Positions 28,550-32,000 of a stretch of 32,000 nt of DNA are shown piece by piece. Position numbers and translations under genes: made by a program. A model generated the notes under the pieces. It was not told where the DNA came from and searched no databases. It saw only the letters and a list, made by a program, of their open reading frames with translations. How positions within the stretch are numbered: the first letter of the stretch is position 1; every line of letters begins with the position of its first letter. Source of the stretch: Desulfobulbus propionicus DSM 2032 (GTDB taxonomy: Bacteria > Desulfobacterota > Desulfobulbia > Desulfobulbales > Desulfobulbaceae); assembly GCF_000186885.1 (NCBI RefSeq), contig NC_014972.1, positions 2,130,001-2,162,000 of the forward strand. Reading direction: 5' to 3'.

Positions 28550-29983
28550 GTGGCACGGATTCTGATCATCGACACCAACCAACCCTTCCTCGACACCTTG
28601 TCGAGGGAGATCTGCCACATGGGCCATCAGGTGACGGCTGCCGACAGCCTGCGCCAGGCCCGCGCCCTGGCAGCGAGCTCGGACTTCGACGTGGTGTTCC
28701 TTAACGCCGAGATGCCCGACGGCAGCGGCATGGACGCCCTACCGGCAATCATCGAGGCCCCCTCCTTTCCCGAGGTGATCATCTTCACCGATGTCGGCGA
28801 TGCCGACCAGGCGGAGTTGGCCATCAAGATGGGGGCCTGGGACTATGTGGAACGGCCGGCCACTGCCCGGGCCATGGCCCTGTCCCTGGTGCGCGCCATC
28901 CAGTACCGGGCGCGCAAGATCCACCGTCAGCCGCACACCACCCTCAACGAGGAAACCCTCAAGGACATTGTTGGCGACAGTCCGCAGATGAAACGCTGCC
29001 TGGATCGGCTGGCCCTGTCCGCCGGCAGCGACGCCAACGTGCTCATCTCCGGCGAGACCGGGGTGGGCAAGGAACTGTTCGCGTGGGCCATCCACAACAA
29101 CAGCCGCCGGGCGGGCAAGCGATTCGTGGTGGTCGATTGCGCCGCCCTGCCGGAAACCCTGGTGGAATCGATCCTCTTCGGCTACGAGCGCGGCGCCTTC
29201 ACCGGCGCCGACAAGAGCCAGAGCGGCCTGATCAAGCGGGCGGACGGCGGCACCCTGTTCCTCGACGAGGTGGGCGAGCTGCCGCTGTCGGTGCAGAAAT
29301 CCTTTCTCCGCGTCCTCCAGGAACACAAATTCCGCCAGGTCGGCGGCGGCCAGCAGCTGCGCAGCGATTTCCGCCTGATCGCGGCCACCAATCGCGACTT
29401 GGACGTCATGGTCCAGCGCCACCGCTTCCGCAAGGACCTGCTCTTCCGCCTGCGCGCCTTCAGCCTGGAACTGCCGCCTTTGCGTGAACGGATCGAGGAC
29501 GTGCCAGCCATCGCCATCCATCATGTGGACAAGCTGTGCGAAAGCTATGGCTTGAACGGCAAGACCTTTTCCCCGGATTTCTTCGAGGTGCTCAAACGGT
29601 ACCAATGGCCGGGCAACGTGCGCGAACTGGTCAACGCCTTGGAGCGGTCCGTGTCGGCGGCCCGGCATGAACCGGTGCTGTTCCCCAAGCACCTGCCGGT
29701 CTACATCCGGGTACATCTGGCCCGAGCCTCGGTCGAGCAGGGCCAGCAAGCCACACCGAACAGTCCGCTGCCCCGGCTGGGTGGCACGGAGGGCGCTGTT
29801 TTGCCCCGGCTGGTCGATGCCCGCGAGGCGGCGATCGCCGAACTGGAACAGCGTTACCTGAAAGAACTGATGACCCAGGCCCCGGACATGCGCCAGGCCT
29901 GCGCCATTTCCGGACTGTCCCGCTCCCGGCTCTATGCCCTGCTGAAAAAGTACAACCTTCCGTCCTGCTTCCGTCTCTCCTGA
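28550..29983 (+). CDS. Sigma54-interacting (NtrC-type) transcriptional regulator with atypical receiver domain
   Basis: GTG start 28550 with SD aaggaaggga; REC-like domain (FDVVFLNAEMPDGSG), AAA+ (GETGVGKE, GAFTGAD, GGTLFLDEV, PPLRER), C-terminal Fis-type HTH (RQACAISGLSRSRLYALLKKYNL). Confidence 0.93.
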   Translation: MARILIIDTNQPFLDTLSREICHMGHQVTAADSLRQARALAASSDFDVVFLNAEMPDGSGMDALPAIIEAPSFPEVIIFTDVGDADQAELAIKMGAWDYVERPATARAMALSLVRAIQYRARKIHRQPHTTLNEETLKDIVGDSPQMKRCLDRLALSAGSDANVLISGETGVGKELFAWAIHNNSRRAGKRFVVVDCAALPETLVESILFGYERGAFTGADKSQSGLIKRADGGTLFLDEVGELPLSVQKSFLRVLQEHKFRQVGGGQQLRSDFRLIAATNRDLDVMVQRHRFRKDLLFRLRAFSLELPPLRERIEDVPAIAIHHVDKLCESYGLNGKTFSPDFFEVLKRYQWPGNVRELVNALERSVSAARHEPVLFPKHLPVYIRVHLARASVEQGQQATPNSPLPRLGGTEGAVLPRLVDAREAAIAELEQRYLKELMTQAPDMRQACAISGLSRSRLYALLKKYNLPSCFRLS

Positions 29984-30287
29984 CCGCCCTTCCATACGGT
30001 CTTGTCATACAGGATTTAATCCTGTCAAACGGGACACAGTTGTGCCCTGCAGGATTGCCGCATTCAGACCGGCACATGGATCACCTCTGCAACTAACTCA
30101 TTTTTCGACTTATTTCCCAAACTTTCTCTTCGCCTGTCTGGATGGAACGATTCTTGGACTGGTACATTGTAGGACTCTTGTTTTTTCCCGCCACCTTGTC
30201 GTCAAGACAGGGACAGCTTTGTTGGCGTCCATTTTCCTGGAACATGCCGGCTCCCCCTGTCGCGACCTGGTGCCTTGCCCCGTGATG

Positions 30288-30316
30288 CACCCTCCTCCGC
30301 CGATCGCGGAGGGGTG
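30288..30316 (+). other. GC-rich hairpin immediately upstream of the SH3-domain gene
   Basis: CACCC(tc)CTCCGC - cgatc - GCGGAGGGGTG: 11 bp stem with a 2-nt bulge; no downstream T-tract. Confidence 0.45.
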
Positions 30317-30346
30317 TCGCTCATTTCATTCCAAGGAGTATATCTG

Positions 30347-30808
30347 ATGAAAAATGAACAATATATTTTTTCGTTTCGCGCCTGTCTTCTCGCCGCCCCG
30401 ATCATCCTGGCCCTGAGCAGTCCGGCCGGGGCCAAGAGTATTGCCAAGGATCAGGTCAACATCCGCTCAAAACCAAGTCTCTCCAGCGAAATCATTTTCA
30501 CGGCCCCCCTGGGCTACCCCATCAAGATCGAGCAGGAGGCCAACAACTGGTCCTTTTTCCACGATTGGCAAAACAATCGGGGCTGGGTCTACAAACCGCT
30601 GGTCTCGGATATCGAGACAGCGGTGGTCGTGGTCGACAAGGCAAACATCCGAAACGCTTCCAATACCCGCTCGCAGGTGGTCAGCACAGCCGAACAAGGA
30701 GAAATTTACAAGATACTCGCCAAAAAAGGCGACTGGGTCCGTCTGGGGTACTACCACGGCGGCGCGGAAGTCGGCTGGATTCACTCGGATCTCGTGTTCG
30801 GCGAATGA
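30347..30808 (+). CDS. Secreted protein with two tandem bacterial SH3 domains
   Basis: ATG at 30347 with SD aaggag; signal peptide CLLAAPIILALSSPAGA; repeats QVNIRSKPSLSSEIIFTAPLG...WSFFHD...RGWVYKPLVS and KANIRNASNTRSQVVSTAEQGEIYKILAKKGDWVRLGYY...GWIHSDLVF. Confidence 0.82.
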   Translation: MKNEQYIFSFRACLLAAPIILALSSPAGAKSIAKDQVNIRSKPSLSSEIIFTAPLGYPIKIEQEANNWSFFHDWQNNRGWVYKPLVSDIETAVVVVDKANIRNASNTRSQVVSTAEQGEIYKILAKKGDWVRLGYYHGGAEVGWIHSDLVFGE

Positions 30809-30895
30809 ACCGCCTTGTGGTGTTGAACACCGGTCAACCCATGGTCCCGGCTGCGCCCTCGTGAAAGTCAGCCTAACCAAGCAGGAGGAACACAC

Positions 30896-31561
30896 ATGGG
30901 AGAACCCTTTGTTGTCAAGGATTGCACCCTCATCTCCATTGCCACCGGGCAGGAAGCGCAAAATCTGCGCGAGTTGAGCGATCGGCTGGAAACGATCCAT
31001 CCCGGGTGCATCTACTATCATTTCTGGGGCGGAATGCTCCGCTCCAGTTTCGACGAACCCGAATACCAGAATGACTTTGCCGCCTGGGCGTGGCGCAGCC
31101 TGCACGACTCCCGCCTGGCCGAGCGGCTGGCGATCATCGACCCCAGCCACCATCGGGAGATGGACGACCTGCGGCGGGAACTGCTGGACGTGATCGAGGA
31201 GCGGCTGGCGGAAAGCGAGTTCGTGCCCTGGGCTCGCGCCGGACAGCGGTTCAAGTTCATCCGCTCGCAGATCCTGGTGTTCGATACCGGATGCCGGATT
31301 CTGAAACCGCGGGACATGGCCGAACAGATCGCCCGCATGTCGCTGGGGTCGATCTTTTACCATTTCATCGATGCCCGGCGGCGCACGGAGCGCGGCCGCA
31401 GCGATTTTGTCGAATGGCTGGCCAGCTTCGGCAACGGCGATTATGACGAGCTGATCAAAAACATCAATGCCATCGACCCCTATTTCACCACTCTGGCGGA
31501 ACTGCGCCGGGAACTGGCCGGGGTTTTCGACCGCTGTCTTGCCGAAGGAGGGACCCCATGA
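30896..31561 (+). CDS. DUF5752-like family protein
   Basis: 221 aa; two similar halves (GCIYYHFWGGMLRSSFDEPEYQNDFAAWAWRSLHDSRLAERLAIIDP and GSIFYHFIDARRRTERGRSDFVEWLASFGNGDYDELIKNINAIDP); SD aggagg; ATGA overlap with the glycosyltransferase. Confidence 0.7.
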   Translation: MGEPFVVKDCTLISIATGQEAQNLRELSDRLETIHPGCIYYHFWGGMLRSSFDEPEYQNDFAAWAWRSLHDSRLAERLAIIDPSHHREMDDLRRELLDVIEERLAESEFVPWARAGQRFKFIRSQILVFDTGCRILKPRDMAEQIARMSLGSIFYHFIDARRRTERGRSDFVEWLASFGNGDYDELIKNINAIDPYFTTLAELRRELAGVFDRCLAEGGTP

Positions 31562-32000
31562 CCAGTGTACTCGAACGCTATGTCCCCATTGTCGGCGCCG
31601 AGGTCATCGACCATCTCCGCCATCTGGCCGAACCGCTCAGGGGCATGAAGGTCGTGCACGTCAACTCCACCCGCGAGGGCGGCGGCGTGGCCGAGATTCT
31701 CAGCTGGCTGATTCCCTTCAAGCGGGAACTGGGCCTGGATGCCCGGTGGGAGGTGATCTCCGGCGAGAAGGATTTTTATCAGTGCACCAAGAGCTTCCAT
31801 AACGGGCTGCAAGGCACGCCGGTGGCGCTTCCGTCGTCCCTGCTCCGCGCCTATGAGCAAACCAATCGCGACAATGCCGAGCGGTTGCGTCCCCTTCTGG
31901 AGGACGCGGATTTCGTCTTTATCCATGACCCGCAGCCCGCGCCGCTGCTCCGTCTCTGTCCCGGCCGCAAGGGCAAATGGGTGTGGCGCTGCCATATCGA
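31558..32000 (+). CDS. GT4-type glycosyltransferase, trehalose synthase (TreT)-like, N-terminal part; runs off the window
   Basis: MTSVLERYVPIVGAEVIDHLRHLAEPLRGMKVVHVNSTREGGGVAEILSWLIPFKRELGLDARWEVISGEKDFYQCTKSFHNGLQG...FVFIHDPQPAPLL. Confidence 0.85.
   Translation, partial: MTSVLERYVPIVGAEVIDHLRHLAEPLRGMKVVHVNSTREGGGVAEILSWLIPFKRELGLDARWEVISGEKDFYQCTKSFHNGLQGTPVALPSSLLRAYEQTNRDNAERLRPLLEDADFVFIHDPQPAPLLRLCPGRKGKWVWRCHI

Noticed and set aside
30032-30047. Possible sigma54 promoter (GG-N10-GC) before the SH3 gene
   Set aside because: Only the GG/GC doublets and TGC match; it lacks the TGGCAC and TTGC core and lies within an inverted repeat, so it is too weak to call.
1-32000. CRISPR arrays, transposons, phage genes, toxin-antitoxin or tRNA/rRNA genes
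   Set aside because: Read through the window and found no periodic repeats, transposase/integrase motifs or RNA-gene signatures; the content is ordinary core-type metabolism.

Overview
This 32 kb window reads as a contiguous, gene-dense chromosomal region from a GC-rich anaerobe. The gene content is compatible with Desulfobacterota/Desulfobulbales-type sulfur-cycle bacteria, but that assignment is inference. From left to right: the 5' part of feoB plus two feoA-like genes on the minus strand, behind a well-formed promoter/operator region. A cytoplasmic-type molybdopterin oxidoreductase and a four-cluster 4Fe-4S protein come next, sitting directly in front of an 11-gene complex I operon (nuoA-B-C-D-H-I-J-K-L-M-N) with no nuoE/F/G. 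These are followed by two translationally coupled lipoproteins (the second FlgO-like), a nucleoside-recognition/Gate-domain membrane protein, an MFS transporter, a LysM+RlpA (DPBB) protein with no evident signal peptide, an EamA transporter (minus strand), SelO, and a HAD hydrolase. The right part holds a thiamine salvage cluster (thiM-thiE-thiD plus a ThiZ/X/Y-like ABC transporter), a sigma54-type activator whose receiver domain has Asn at the expected phospho-acceptor position, a secreted tandem-SH3 protein, a DUF5752-like protein, and the start of a TreT/trehalose-synthase-like glycosyltransferase. I saw no tRNA, rRNA, CRISPR array or mobile element. The best candidate for something under-described is the Mo-oxidoreductase/FeS pair placed as the possible electron-input module of the NuoEFG-less complex I.
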